Shown in pieces: positions 45,115-56,612 of a stretch of DNA of 64,000 nt. How positions within the stretch are numbered: position 1 is the first letter of the stretch; every line of letters starts with the position of its first letter. The notes beneath the pieces were generated by a model. The model ran no database searches and was not told the DNA's origin. It saw nothing but the letters and a program-made list of their open reading frames with translations. The position numbers and the translations under genes are program-made. Where the stretch lies: positions 64,001 through 128,000 of the forward strand of contig CAWJTV010000028.1 in the NCBI GenBank assembly GCA_963845755.1. Reading direction: 5' to 3'. This stretch comes from an uncultured Planctomycetota bacterium. GTDB taxonomy: Bacteria > Planctomycetota > Planctomycetia > Isosphaerales > Isosphaeraceae.

Positions 45115-47094
45115 ATGATCAGTCGTACCGCTGTCGTCACGAAAGCCGAAACGGTCGGCCAGCCGACTCCCGACCGGGCAAACGGGTTCGGTTCCGTCTC
45201 GCTCTTGCTCCTGTCGGCCTGGTCCGGCCTGGTCGGCGGCTCGCTGGAAGTGGCCACGATCGTGGTTCGCCATGAGTTCTTTGATCCGGATCAAATCTGG
45301 AGGATCAGCCGACACGTCTTCTGGCTGATCCCTCTTTCGAACCTCGCGGTCTTGCTAACGCTGGGATTGCTCGGTTGCGGAGTGATCCCGGTCTGGCCGC
45401 ACCGTGGTCGATGGGTGTTGACGCGGGTGTTGGTCGCGCTTCTGTTTCTGCCCTCGTTTCTGGTGGCCTTTCCCAGGATCTATACTCTGGCGTGGTTCGT
45501 GGTGACCCTGGGGATGGCCACGCGGCTCGTTCCGCTTCTCGAACGTGCGAGTCGAGGATTTCGGCGATTCGTCCTGGTCAGTTTGCCGATGGCCGTCGGG
45601 ATTGTGGCGATTCTGGGGGCATCGCTATGGGTCGGCGACCTGAAGAAGCAACGGCGCGAGAATGAGCGATCCTTACCGCCGCCGGGGACGCCGAACGTCC
45701 TGTTGATCGTGATGGACACCGTCACCGCGGGCCACCTGGGGCTGTATGGCTACGACCGGGCGACCAGCACAACCTTGGCCGAGCTCGCCGAGCGCGGCAT
45801 CCTCTTCGATTCGGCCCGGGCGGCCTCGTCATGGACGCTGCCATCTCATGCGACCATGTTTACAGGACGATGGTTGCACGAGCTCTCCGTCGGCTGGATG
45901 ACGCCGCTTGACGAGACTCATCCGACGCTGGCAGAGTCCCTCGGCGACCGGGGGTACGCGACGGCTGGGTTCGTCGCCAATACGGCGTATTGTGCTGCCG
46001 GTACGGGGCTGGGCCGCGGCTTCACGCGATACCAGGATTTCATCTTTCCCGAGCTCACCACGCTCAAGACGGCGGCACTGGCAAGCCGGGTACTGGAAGG
46101 CCTGCGCATGACCGTCTATTATGCGGAAGATTGGCTGAAATCCGCCGGGCTCCTCCCCTATGTGGACCGCCTCGTGCGGGCGCTGGACGCCGATCGCAAG
46201 GGGGCGGCGGTGGTCAATCGCGAGCTTCTGGACTGGCTCTCACACCGCACGCAGCCGGAGCGGCCTTTTTTCGCTTTCTTGAACTACAATGATGCTCATT
46301 ATCCCTACGAATTGCCGCCGGGAAGGCCCCATCGTTTCGGGGCCGAGCCGACCGATGATTATCAGCGCCTCCTGATCGGACATTGGGGGGACCTCGACAA
46401 GACGACAGTCTCACCTGCGGGTGTCACATTTGCCTCCGCCGCTTATGACGATTGCATCGCAGACCTTGATGAGCAGCTCGGGAAGCTGATCGACCAATTG
46501 AACCAACGCGGGGACCTGGAGCGGACGTGGCTGATTGTCACCTCAGACCATGGCGAGGGCTTCGGTGAGCACCCTGGCTATTTCTGCCACGGCATAAGTC
46601 TGTATGATACCGAGCTGCACGTTCCGCTACTGATCATTCCGCCGGGGGGCAGCGCGACGAAGCAGTCCGTCAAAGAGGCGGTCAGTCTGCGCGACCTGGC
46701 GGCGACGATTGTCAACGTGGCCGGTCAGGAGGGAGGCGCGCCATTTCCCGGGGTTTCTCTGGCACGGTTCTGGAAGAGGCCCGGGCCGGTGGCGATGGTC
46801 CAGCCGCCATCGGCGTCACCCTCGCTCGCCGAGTTGGTCCGGGACCCGCACCAGCGCGATCAGGGGGGCTTGCCCAGGCCACTCCTTCCGCAGGCAGCCG
46901 TCAAGAACTCAGAGTGGTCCTATATCCGTCGAGAGGGCGATGACCGCGAGAAGTTGTTCTATTTGCGCGAAGACGCGAAAGAGCAGCACAACCTGGCCGA
47001 CGATCCGTCGGCACAAACAATGCTCCGACGAATGCGAGCCGAGCTGGAGCGTCTCACCGGCGGGCCGCTGGTGCCGGGGCGCTTCAGTAAATGA
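45115..47094 (+). CDS. Membrane-anchored sulfatase-like hydrolase/transferase (alkaline phosphatase superfamily)
   Basis: About 5 TM helices then PNVLLIVMDTV, SWTLPSHATMFTG, FLNYNDAHYPY, TSDHGEGFGEH. Confidence 0.9.
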   Translation: MISRTAVVTKAETVGQPTPDRANGFGSVSLLLLSAWSGLVGGSLEVATIVVRHEFFDPDQIWRISRHVFWLIPLSNLAVLLTLGLLGCGVIPVWPHRGRWVLTRVLVALLFLPSFLVAFPRIYTLAWFVVTLGMATRLVPLLERASRGFRRFVLVSLPMAVGIVAILGASLWVGDLKKQRRENERSLPPPGTPNVLLIVMDTVTAGHLGLYGYDRATSTTLAELAERGILFDSARAASSWTLPSHATMFTGRWLHELSVGWMTPLDETHPTLAESLGDRGYATAGFVANTAYCAAGTGLGRGFTRYQDFIFPELTTLKTAALASRVLEGLRMTVYYAEDWLKSAGLLPYVDRLVRALDADRKGAAVVNRELLDWLSHRTQPERPFFAFLNYNDAHYPYELPPGRPHRFGAEPTDDYQRLLIGHWGDLDKTTVSPAGVTFASAAYDDCIADLDEQLGKLIDQLNQRGDLERTWLIVTSDHGEGFGEHPGYFCHGISLYDTELHVPLLIIPPGGSATKQSVKEAVSLRDLAATIVNVAGQEGGAPFPGVSLARFWKRPGPVAMVQPPSASPSLAELVRDPHQRDQGGLPRPLLPQAAVKNSEWSYIRREGDDREKLFYLREDAKEQHNLADDPSAQTMLRRMRAELERLTGGPLVPGRFSK

Positions 47095-47170
47095 TGCCGT
47101 TGGCCTCGCCCCGTCGGGGTTGCCGAATGCCGATGTGTGGGCTAACGCGGCCTTGCCGCAACCAAAAAGG

Positions 47171-47254
47171 GATTCCCGATTCGAGATTCCCGATTCAAGA
47201 AACCGGAAGCGTCTCCATCCTGAATGGGGAATGTGGAATCTTGAATGGGGAGTC
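47171..47254. repeat. Inverted arrays of 7-bp tandem repeats between convergent genes
   Basis: gattccc gattcga gattccc gattcaa (47171-47198) and ctgaatg gggaatg tggaatc ttgaatg gggagtc (47220-47254), the complementary heptamer. Confidence 0.7.
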
Positions 47255-47287
47255 GAGTCCTTCCCAAACGCGCAAAACGCAGGGGCC

Positions 47288-48567
47288 CTACGGCGGAAGA
47301 CTCGATGTCGCCGGGGTTGCGCTCAACTGCCGGAGGCGCTGGCGGAGACCAGCGCGGCCAGGGTCTTCCGAGATCGCAATGGTCAGAAAGACTCGGGATT
47401 CGAACCGTCGACCGAGCACCTCGGCCAGCCGGGCGAGCTCCTCGGCGTCGCGGATGGGCTGATTCCGATCGTGGCGCTTCAGGTATCGCGCGAGCAGCCG
47501 GGCGATTTCCGTCTCGCGCGCATTAGTTCTGCGGCTTTAGCGGGCTGATGTTCCTTTTCCGCGAGGTCGGCCAACCGGGTCAGGGCCGTCACGTCGGCGG
47601 GGTTGGCTGTGAGCAACAGTTCCAGCTCGCGGCGTTCGGCGGCAAGATCGCCGCGCTGGGCGGCCAGCCAGGCATTGGTCCGATGGAGCCAACCGGCGAT
47701 CCGCTCGTTGGCGGGCCGGTGGTTCATGGCCAGAGTGACCACGTCGATCCGCCTGGTCGCGATGCCGAAGCGCAGGCAGGCTCGCCAGACCGGAACGTCA
47801 TCAGGCCGGCCGTTCCGGCACGCGTCCAGCCATCGTTGGGCCTCGTCGTAGGCCCCGGTGCGGATCGCCAGGTTGGCTCGCCCCAGCCAGACCCGATCGT
47901 CGTCGGGGGCAAGCTGCGCGGCGCGCTCGAGCGCGGCGCGGCTGGTCTCGACCGGAGTGGGCTTCAAAGTCAGCTCGATGTGCGCGCGGACCAGCTTGCT
48001 GGCCGACTCGAACGGATCGATTGCTGATGCGTTCAAATGTTCCCACCGATCCTCGATCAACCGCTCGGCTTCCTCGAGGCGCCCCTGGTCGCTATAGAGC
48101 GGTACGAGCAACAAGAGCAAGGCCGTTCCGTCGTTGCGAGGGTCCTGGGCGGCTTCGTTCGCGAGTCGCTCGGCGGCGGCGTATTGCCCGGCCTCTTCGA
48201 GCAGATGGATCCGGCCCTCGATGGCTTTTTGCCCGAACGCGCACCCCGGGACGACGCGTGCCCACGCTCGACCGGCCGCCTGGTTTCGCCCCCGGGCCAG
48301 CTCGCAGGACCCTAGAAGGTAAAGGGCCCTCCCGTTCGAGTCCGACGTCCACGACAAAAGTGCCTCGAGGTCACGGCAGGCGATGGAGAATCGACCGGAG
48401 ACGATTTCCGCTTCGATCTCGTCCATCGCGCTGCGATAGCGCCAATAGCTCCACCCGGCCCAGCCGGCCGCGACGAGCCCCGTTCCCAGGAGAAAGGCGA
48501 TCAGCAGCCTCCATCGTTGCCGGCTCCGGGCCATGGGGGCGCCGTTTGCCGCGTTGGTCACTGACAT
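47288..48567 (-). CDS. Membrane-anchored TPR protein homologous to the N-terminal half of the CRTAC1 proteins (frameshift near ~47515)
   Basis: YLLGSCE, APDDDRVWLGRANLA, RPDDVPVW shared with 41938..44853; shifted frame continues EIARLLARY...AEELARLAEVLGRRFE to TAG at 47288. Confidence 0.82.
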
Positions 48568-48574
48568 TGACAGC

Positions 48575-50608
48575 TCACTCCGACAGTTCCCTGGTGGGTT
48601 CGACTTCAAGTGTTGAACTTAAGATGCGGTGGCCCTGAGTGGGAGATCCATTCTTCTGGAGAGCAATTCCGCGCGGACGACTGAGATTCGTGACGGTCGG
48701 AGGGTGGGCTTTCGCCAGTTGGAGCCGGTCGCGAAAACGTCGCAGGACCGGAAGCATGGCCTCGGCGCGAGCACGATTGCTGAGCTCATATGGGTCATCG
48801 CGCTCATTAAACAACTCCTCACTCCCGTCACCTTCGTTGCGGACGTACACAAAATCCCCCTCTGCCAGGGAAATGAGCGGGCCGCGATAGGCCGGAGATC
48901 GACCTTGATTGGGATCGGTCGGATTGGGCGACGTGAGCTCGGAAAGGACCATGGAGTCGGCGGCGGGACCGGACGGTTTCCCCGAGAGCTCGCTAAAGGA
49001 CCACGTCAGCGGCCGGCCCGGGAACGGTGACCTCGTCCCGGGACGAACGACATCCACGATAGTCGCCGGGAGGTCGCGGAGGCTGACGAAATCGTCCACA
49101 ATCGCACGGAATTGGCCCCGCCCACCAGGCGGGACGAGCAACAGAGGCACCCGGACCTCCGTGCGGTAGAGGCTCTCGCCATGATCGAACAGCTCGTGCT
49201 CCCCCAGCCCCTCGCCGTGATCGGCCGCCACGATGATGAAGGTCTTATCGAGGATCCCGCGACGCTGCAATTCGCCGATCAATTGGCCCAGGCATTCATC
49301 GACATAAGCCAGGCAGTTATCGTAAGAGTCGCGCACCAAGGCTCGCGCCCGTTGGGAGATGTGCCGCTTGTCAACCCGCGACCAACCGTCCAGCAAGAAC
49401 AGGAAATCGGCTTGCGTCTCCGGGACTTCCCCGAAGCGGTATTCCGCACCCGCGGGCAGGACGTAGGGGGCATGAGCGTCTGCATAGTTCAGAAATGCAA
49501 AGAAGGGTCGGCGCGGCTCGCGACGCCGCGATAACCATTCGAGGAATTCACGATTGACATCGCCCGCGCCCTTGCGGTCGGCGTGGGTGATCTGACGCAA
49601 CCGCAGGTCGCCGATCGACAAAAACCTGCCGAGCGGGCCGACCCGCTTCAACGCTTGGTCGATCAGGGACACCGTCCGAACCGCGCCGAGCATGTCGAGG
49701 ACGTAATCCTGATAATGTGTAAAGCCACGGCTCAGACCACTGTCGTAGGAACAATAGAAGGTGTTGCCGACAAAACCCGCTGTTGCATAACCGATCGAAC
49801 CGAGGAATTCGGCCAGAGTCGGCACGTCGCCACGCAGGGGACGCATCCAGCCGATGTTGATCTCGTGTGGCCATCGACCTGTGAACATGCTCGCGTGTGA
49901 GGCCAGGGTCCAGGGCGCCGCCGTACGTGCCTGGTCAAAACGGATGCCGAGGGCTGCCACCCTCTGGAGGTTGGGACTGGTCGGACGTCCATATCCATAG
50001 AGGCTGAGGTGATCCGCGCGCACCGTGTCGAGAACGACGAGCAGGACGTTGGGTGCATCGGCGGGTGGCAAGGGCCGGCCGTCTTCCTGCCACTGCTTCA
50101 GCCGGTCACCGCCGAAGATCCAGGACGCCTGCAGAAGCACCATGCCTAGAAGGATCGGAATCACAAAAGCAAACACGCGCCGCATCCCCGCCGCATGCCG
50201 CTCGATCACGGGGCCGAACCAGACTCCGATCCCGATGGCGAGGATTAACCAGGCTTCGACATGAACCTGGCGCCCCACCTCCACGAGTATGGGAAGGATG
50301 GCCCAGGCGACGATGAGGCGCGGACTCAGCCACCCGACCCGGCGAGGCCAGGAGCGCGTACCCAATGCCAGGAACGCCCCAAGTCCAAGGAATAGCAGAA
50401 GATCGACCAGCGGGACCAACCAGACGAAGTGGCGCGTCATCATCAGAAGCCGGTTAGTCGAACTCACGGTACTATACAGGACCCTGGCGACCACCTCGCC
50501 TTCCCCGGAAATCAGGGCGCATCCTGCCGACAGCACCAGCACGTCGAGCGGGCCAAGCCGGGAGGCATCGGCGGTCGATCGCGACATGCCGTGAGAGGCG
50601 GACTTCAT
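48575..50608 (-). CDS. Membrane-anchored sulfatase-like hydrolase/transferase, paralogue of 45115..47094
   Basis: PNVLLVVLDTVRADHL, PWTLASHASMFTG, FLNYADAHAPY, AADHGEGLGEH; start uncertain. Confidence 0.9.
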   Translation of the reverse strand: MKSASHGMSRSTADASRLGPLDVLVLSAGCALISGEGEVVARVLYSTVSSTNRLLMMTRHFVWLVPLVDLLLFLGLGAFLALGTRSWPRRVGWLSPRLIVAWAILPILVEVGRQVHVEAWLILAIGIGVWFGPVIERHAAGMRRVFAFVIPILLGMVLLQASWIFGGDRLKQWQEDGRPLPPADAPNVLLVVLDTVRADHLSLYGYGRPTSPNLQRVAALGIRFDQARTAAPWTLASHASMFTGRWPHEINIGWMRPLRGDVPTLAEFLGSIGYATAGFVGNTFYCSYDSGLSRGFTHYQDYVLDMLGAVRTVSLIDQALKRVGPLGRFLSIGDLRLRQITHADRKGAGDVNREFLEWLSRRREPRRPFFAFLNYADAHAPYVLPAGAEYRFGEVPETQADFLFLLDGWSRVDKRHISQRARALVRDSYDNCLAYVDECLGQLIGELQRRGILDKTFIIVAADHGEGLGEHELFDHGESLYRTEVRVPLLLVPPGGRGQFRAIVDDFVSLRDLPATIVDVVRPGTRSPFPGRPLTWSFSELSGKPSGPAADSMVLSELTSPNPTDPNQGRSPAYRGPLISLAEGDFVYVRNEGDGSEELFNERDDPYELSNRARAEAMLPVLRRFRDRLQLAKAHPPTVTNLSRPRGIALQKNGSPTQGHRILSSTLEVEPTRELSE

Positions 50609-51653
50609 AGACAGTAGTCCACTCGCCGTGGCTTTTCTGAAGAGACCCATCGAGTCCAGACAATCCTTTACAAATCGTGGAGGACTTCGCCGCGACGTTT
50701 TGCCCCCAAGCCACCGACATGGGCACAATCCGTATCGCAGCCTGTCTATCCTCATTCACGTCATGAATCGATTGCCGGTAACGGTCCAGTCTCGGGTTGG
50801 CCGCGACACGAAACCGGCCAAACCGAAGCTATCACGAATAGAAAAAGGCAGCAAGACATTTTATCAACCTGCTTGTTAGCAATTTGTCATATGCACAATT
50901 GGGGTTTTGCCTCGAAGTCGGCCCGATTTCGCCGGATTTTCCGGGAATCGGGTCCAACTCGATCGGTGTGAAGCTCGACTTTCACCCCAGGATGGAGGTC
51001 CCCGTTTCCGTCCATCTCATGGGGAAGGCTCCGTGTACTCGAGAGATCCGGCGAACGGAATGAGGAACTCGAGCTGAAGCGAAGGCACGATCGGTTTCAA
51101 ACACTCGCAATCTTGGATTGAAAGAGGGATCGTCGGCATCGCCTCGGGAGACTCGATAGATCCCCCACATATTCATCCGCATCCAAATTAGTCGGAACGA
51201 ATTTTGCTTGGTAAGTCGTTGAATGCTTGTCAGGACAGGGTCGCTCCCGTTAACATAAGGATTGTACGAGGGAATTCGGAGTGAGTCGTGATGTCACCAA
51301 ACGCCCGCTTGCGAGAGTTTTGGCAGGTGACATGACCTCGGCGTCAAAGAAAGAGCTGAATCAAGGTTTCTGCTCAAGTGAGCGACCGCGCCAAGGTCTC
51401 ATGGCTTTGCGGAGGGTTCGGGGCGCATACAACGACCAACAACCGTGACCGTAATCTCAGCGATTCGGCTCGGAATCCGAGAACCAGGGCTTCGTTGTGA
51501 CGCTCTCTTAACGATAGGAACCTCGCTGGCACTCGCACGAAGTCCACCCTCGGCACGCCCGTTGGAGCGGCGGCGGCTTTCCCTAAGCCGGTTGGTAACC
51601 TGCCTGTTTTTGCTCCAACGTTGTCCCACTCTCCAAAAGAAAGGATCGATCGC

Positions 51654-51872
51654 ATGCCGCGATTTGAGCGCGCGAGCCGGTTGGCCCTGGCTCTGACTCT
51701 GTTCGGATTGCTCCCTTTGTCGAGCGGGTGCAGTGGTGAAGGCGAGGCGCCAACTCCGCAGCAGACCCAGCAGATACAGAAAGACGAGTCGGACGCCCGC
51801 AAGAAGGCCTACGGAGGGAACACCGGCGTCCCCGTTGGCAAGAAAGCCATGGAGAATGCTTCGAAGCAGTGA
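51654..51872 (+). CDS. Small lipoprotein (cassette copy 2)
   Basis: MPRFERASRLALALTLFGLLPLSSGC lipobox; DARKKAYGG tail. Confidence 0.75.
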   Translation: MPRFERASRLALALTLFGLLPLSSGCSGEGEAPTPQQTQQIQKDESDARKKAYGGNTGVPVGKKAMENASKQ

Positions 51873-52031
51873 TTCCCCAATTGGATCAATCGGGCTGTCC
51901 GCATCAGGAGGACCGCCAGAGGGCCTAGTATCTTGGTGTTGCCACCCGACTCCGTGTTTCGTGGTGTCGCCGTTTAGAACCCCTGTGTAGGGGACCGTCC
52001 TTTTTCCTTTCATTTTCGCAGGACATCGCTC

Positions 52032-53192
52032 ATGAGTTCCAGAACCAGAAGGTTTCGCGGGTTCACGCTGATCGAGTTGCTGGTTGTCATCGCCATCATC
52101 GCGGTGTTGATTGCCCTCCTCTTGCCCGCCGTCCAGGCCGCACGCGAGGCAGCCCGCCGCGCACAATGCAACAACAACCTCAAGCAGATCGGCCTGGGTC
52201 TGCACAATTATCATCAGACCAACAACGTTTTCCCGCCGGGCCATTCGGAATCATTCGCCTACTTCACTCATACCGCCTATGCCGGCTGGACCGAATGGAG
52301 TGCCCAGGCGATGATGCTCAGCTACATGGAGCAAACGCCGACGTACAACACGATCAATTTCGACTTCTGCGGCGGCTACGGCAATGCCGCACAGGTTAAC
52401 GGAACCGCCTGGAGCCAGATCATCCAGACGTTCCTCTGTCCCTCCGACACCAACGCCGCCTTTTCCGCTTCGCGGAGCGCTCTGGTCGGCACCAATCCCC
52501 CGAACACCAACAGCTACCGGGGCAGCGTGGGCACAACCACATCCCCTTACGGTTGGGGCACCGGGTATGGCGGTTGCACACCCGATCCTCTGAACATCCA
52601 GGGTGGTACCCCCAGTGGGTGCACGCCTTATTCCTCGGGAATGTTCGCTTACTGGATCAGCTACGGCATCCAGAGCTGCACCGACGGGACGTCCAATACC
52701 ATCATTTTTGCCGAGTCGCTGACGGGCAATTCGTCCGGGGCCACGATCAATCCGATGACGCAGCGAAACAACGCCGTCACGGGTGTCACCGCAGCGGCAG
52801 TCGCCGAGGCTGCGGATGCCAGCGCAATCCCGTACGCCACGGTTGTCCTCGCGATGCAGGCATGCAACAACGCGTATCGCACGAGCAGTTCCCCTCTGAC
52901 GGCTGTCACTGGCAATCGCTGGGGCTGGGGTGCCACGACGATGACACTGTTCCACACGATCGTCCCGCCGAGTTCGACGACGTACCTCTTCAACTCGTGC
53001 CGCGACCAGTGCAGCGGCTGCGGTCCGGACGACTCGATCTTCTCCAACGCCCAGAGCAACCACCCGGGCGGTTGCAACGTGCTGATGTCTGATGGAAGCT
53101 CTCGGTTCATCAAGAATACGATCAGTCCTCAGACCTGGATGGCACTGGGCACCAAGGCTAATGGCGAGACCATCAGCTCCGACTCCTATTGA
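52032..53192 (+). CDS. DUF1559 prepilin-type protein (copy 2)
   Basis: [14 protein letters not shown]...; [15 protein letters not shown]; shares [17 protein letters not shown] and [14 protein letters not shown] with copy 1. Confidence 0.95.
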   Translation: MSSRTRRFRGFTLIELLVVIAIIAVLIALLLPAVQAAREAARRAQCNNNLKQIGLGLHNYHQTNNVFPPGHSESFAYFTHTAYAGWTEWSAQAMMLSYMEQTPTYNTINFDFCGGYGNAAQVNGTAWSQIIQTFLCPSDTNAAFSASRSALVGTNPPNTNSYRGSVGTTTSPYGWGTGYGGCTPDPLNIQGGTPSGCTPYSSGMFAYWISYGIQSCTDGTSNTIIFAESLTGNSSGATINPMTQRNNAVTGVTAAAVAEAADASAIPYATVVLAMQACNNAYRTSSSPLTAVTGNRWGWGATTMTLFHTIVPPSSTTYLFNSCRDQCSGCGPDDSIFSNAQSNHPGGCNVLMSDGSSRFIKNTISPQTWMALGTKANGETISSDSY

Positions 53193-53234
53193 TCGGATCG
53201 ACCATGGGGCGTCCGATCATTGTCGTCGAAATGA

Positions 53235-53273
53235 GCAGGATCCGGCGGGGTCGCTGACTCGGCCGGATCTTGC
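53235..53273 (+). terminator. GC-rich stem-loop downstream of DUF1559 copy 2
   Basis: gcaggatccggcggggtc-gct-gactcggccggatcttgc followed by ctttcc. Confidence 0.5.
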
Positions 53274-53429
53274 CTTTCCGTCGCAGTTCCCCAGGCTCCA
53301 TTCGCCGCGCACTGGGTATCGCCAATCCTCCATTCCAGGTTCCCGCGAGCGATCTCCGGAATTCGGGATCTGGAATCCTCTCTCATCGTGGCCGAATGCC
53401 GCGTTCCGGGGTCGAGTGTCGAGGCGACG

Positions 53430-56374
53430 ATGCGCGGTCGCTTGCTGATCGGTTTAATTGTGATTGGGGTCGTGCTGGTGACGTGGTTCGTGGTCCGCGC
53501 GGTGGAGACGCAGCGGTTCGGGAACGAGTTACTCAGGGCCCGTCGCGATTTCGGGGCGGGGCGGTTCGAGACGGCCCGAAAGAACCTGGCGCAACTGGCT
53601 CGGGGGCGGCCCGGCGAGGGAGAAGTCGAGTACCTGCTGGGCGCCTGCGAGATGGTCAAGAGCCATGCCGATGCGGCGATGGCGGCGTGGGCTCGCGTCC
53701 CCGATTCATCCCCATTCGCACCGGCCGCCGGTCTGGCGCGGGGCCGCCGTGCGCTGGATGTCGGTCGCTACCGGCTCGCTGAGACCTGCCTCGAGCGCGC
53801 GAGCCGCGGGGGGGGCGAAATTGGCCAGGAGGCCGGGCGGCTTCTCGAATGGCTCTACTGGATGACCGGCCGGCGCGACGATTACAAGAGACTCTTGCAC
53901 CGGAACGTCGAGCGGGCCATCGATCCTTCCCCTCTCCTGCGTACCCTCTGGGCCGCCGACCACGATCCGTATCCGGTCAACGGCATGACGCGGTCGCTCG
54001 CCAAGGCCAGGGAGTCCGCTCCCGACGACGATCGTGTCTGGCTCGGTCTGGCCGACCTGGCTACCCGCAACGGGCGATATCAGGAGGCCGGCTCCTGGTT
54101 GGATCGATGCGAACAAGCGCAGCCCGACGATTCCTCAGTCTGGCTTGCCCGTCTCCGATGGGCGGAGGCGGCCGGCCGGTCCGACGAGGTCAGCAGAGCG
54201 GCGACACACCTGCCAGGTTCGAGTGTGCCCTGGTCGCGCATTCTGGCCCTTCGGGCGAAGCTCGCTGCCCACAAGGGAGACACACAGGGCGAGCGCGCCG
54301 TCCCTCGAAGAGCTCGTTGCTGTGCAACCGGGGGCCGATGACGCACTCGAGCGCCTGGCCGATCTCGCCGCGCAAGCGGGGGAGGGGGAACGCGTCGCGG
54401 AATTGCGGCACCGCAAGGCGACGATCGATTCGGCTCGCGATCATTATCGGGGTCTCATCAACCTGCCTGACATGGCGCCGCACGCCGCGGAATTCGCCCG
54501 GGCGGCCGAGTCGATCGGCCGATGGTTCGACGCTCGAGCCTGGTGGACGCTGGCGGCTCCGTCGCGAACAATCCTTCGCCGCCGAGGCTGCCGCCGCGAT
54601 GGCCCGGATGTCTGAGGCCGAGTCGGCCGCCGAGGCGGTATCGCCGAGTGTCGAGCCGGCGTCACGCCAATCGCTGGCCAACCTCATCGGTCCGATCGCA
54701 GTCCCACAAGCGCCGTCAACCACCGGAGTGCGCGGTCTCGACATCCCTCTGTTCGCGGACGAGGCTGAGGCCCGAGGGTTGGTTTTTCCTTTCGACAACG
54801 GTTGCACGGATCTCCGACAGATCCCCGAGACCATGAGCGGCGGGGTGGCTGTCCTCGATTTCGACGGCGATGGATGGCTTGACGTCTATGCCGTTCAAGG
54901 CGGCCCTTTTCCGCCTCCCGATGCGAACCCGCCGTTTGGCGACCGACTCTTCCGCAACCACGGCGACGGCCGATTTGTGGACGTGACGGCAGCATCGGGA
55001 CTTGCCCGCTGTCCCGGCGGATACGGCCACGGCATCGCCGTGGGGGATTACGACAACGATGGCCGGTCGGACCTCTTCGTCACTCGATGGGGGTCTTACG
55101 CCCTCTATCACAACCTCGGCGAGGGCCGCTTCCAGGACGTCACCTCAGAGTCGGGGCTTGGCGGCGATCGCGACTGGCCGACCTCGGCGGCCTGGGCCGA
55201 CCTCGATAATGACGGCGATCTCGACCTCTATGTCTGTCACTATCTGAAGTGGGATCCCAAGAACCCCGAGCTTTGTGAGAGTCCGGATCATCCCGGGCAG
55301 GGGCACACTTACTGCGACCCGCGAGGCTCTCCGGCATTGCCGGACCACGTTTTTCGAAACGACCGTGGCCGGTTCACCGACGTGACTCGCGCGGCCGGAA
55401 TTCTCGACCGCGAGGGGCGCGGCCTTGGCGTCGTCGCGGCCGATCTTGATGGCGACGGCCGGACCGACCTGTTCGTGGCCAATGATACCACCGCCAATTA
55501 CTTCTTCCTTAATCGCGGAGGCTTTCGCTTCTCGGAGCAGGGGATGGAGTCGGGTCTGACCGCCAGCGCCGAGGGCGGTTATCTCGCGGGGATGGGGGTG
55601 GCCTGCGGCGACTTCGACGGCGACGGCCGGATCGACCTGGCCGTGACCAATTTCTTCAACCAGTCGACGACCCTGTATCACAATCACGGCGGCGGTCTCT
55701 TCAGCGACCGCTCCGCCGAAACTGGCCTCGCCGTCGCCACGCGGCAGGTCCTCGGCTTCGGTCTGGCGGCGCTGGACGCCAACAATGACGGCTGGTTAGA
55801 CCTGGTCCAGGCCAACGGACATGTCGCCGACTTCCGCCCCTCGATCCCTCGAGAGATGAACGCCCAGCTCCTGCTCGGCGATGGCATGGGCCGGTTCGTC
55901 GATGTCTCGGACCGCGCCGGTAAACCATGGCAAATCCCCAGGTTGGGACGTGGCCTGGCCCTCGCCGATGTGGACAATGATGGGTACACTGACGTGCTGC
56001 TCGTCAGCCAGAACGCGCCGCTGGCCCTGATGCGCAATCAGTCCCGCTCGCAAGGCCACTACCTCGCGCTCGCGCTGGAAGGAACGGCCTCCAACCGCGA
56101 CGGCGCAGGCGCGCGGGTGGCTGTGACAGTATCGGGCCAGACGAGAGTGACGGCGCGGTTCGGGGGCGGAAGCTATCTGTCGGCGAGTGACCCCCGGCTC
56201 CACTTCGGGCTAGGGCGGGCTCAGATCGTGGATCGTGTCGAGGTTACCTGGCCATCGGGCCGCCGGGACTCCTACCGAGACCTGCCCGCCAACACCGGCT
56301 ATCGGCTTCGCGAGGGGGCTGCCGCACCGGAGCCACTTTGCGGATTCGCCCCCGGGGCGGCGAAACGGCAATGA
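53430..56374 (+). CDS. TPR + FG-GAP/CRTAC1 + ASPIC/UnbV protein (copy 2; frameshifts near ~54302 and ~54558)
   Basis: ORFs 53388..54341, 54034..54615 and 53849..56374 together align end to end with 41938..44853. Confidence 0.92.
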
Positions 56375-56612
56375 GTCGCGCCCTACGTGACTCACAGTAT
56401 TCTCGACGACGACCGTGTCCGCGCCCGTAGAACAGCTGTTGGAATCCGCGATGGGCGCCGGGCCAGCGTCTGGATAAGATGTCCGGACAGCCTAACACCC
56501 GAGTTGAACTCGCATGAGCCCTGAGCTAGCGCCCATGCGTTCGCATTAACGAGTCCAAGCGGGCCCTGAGTCGGTGACGGGACTCGAACGAGAGGATGGA
56601 CTCTGTTCCCTC

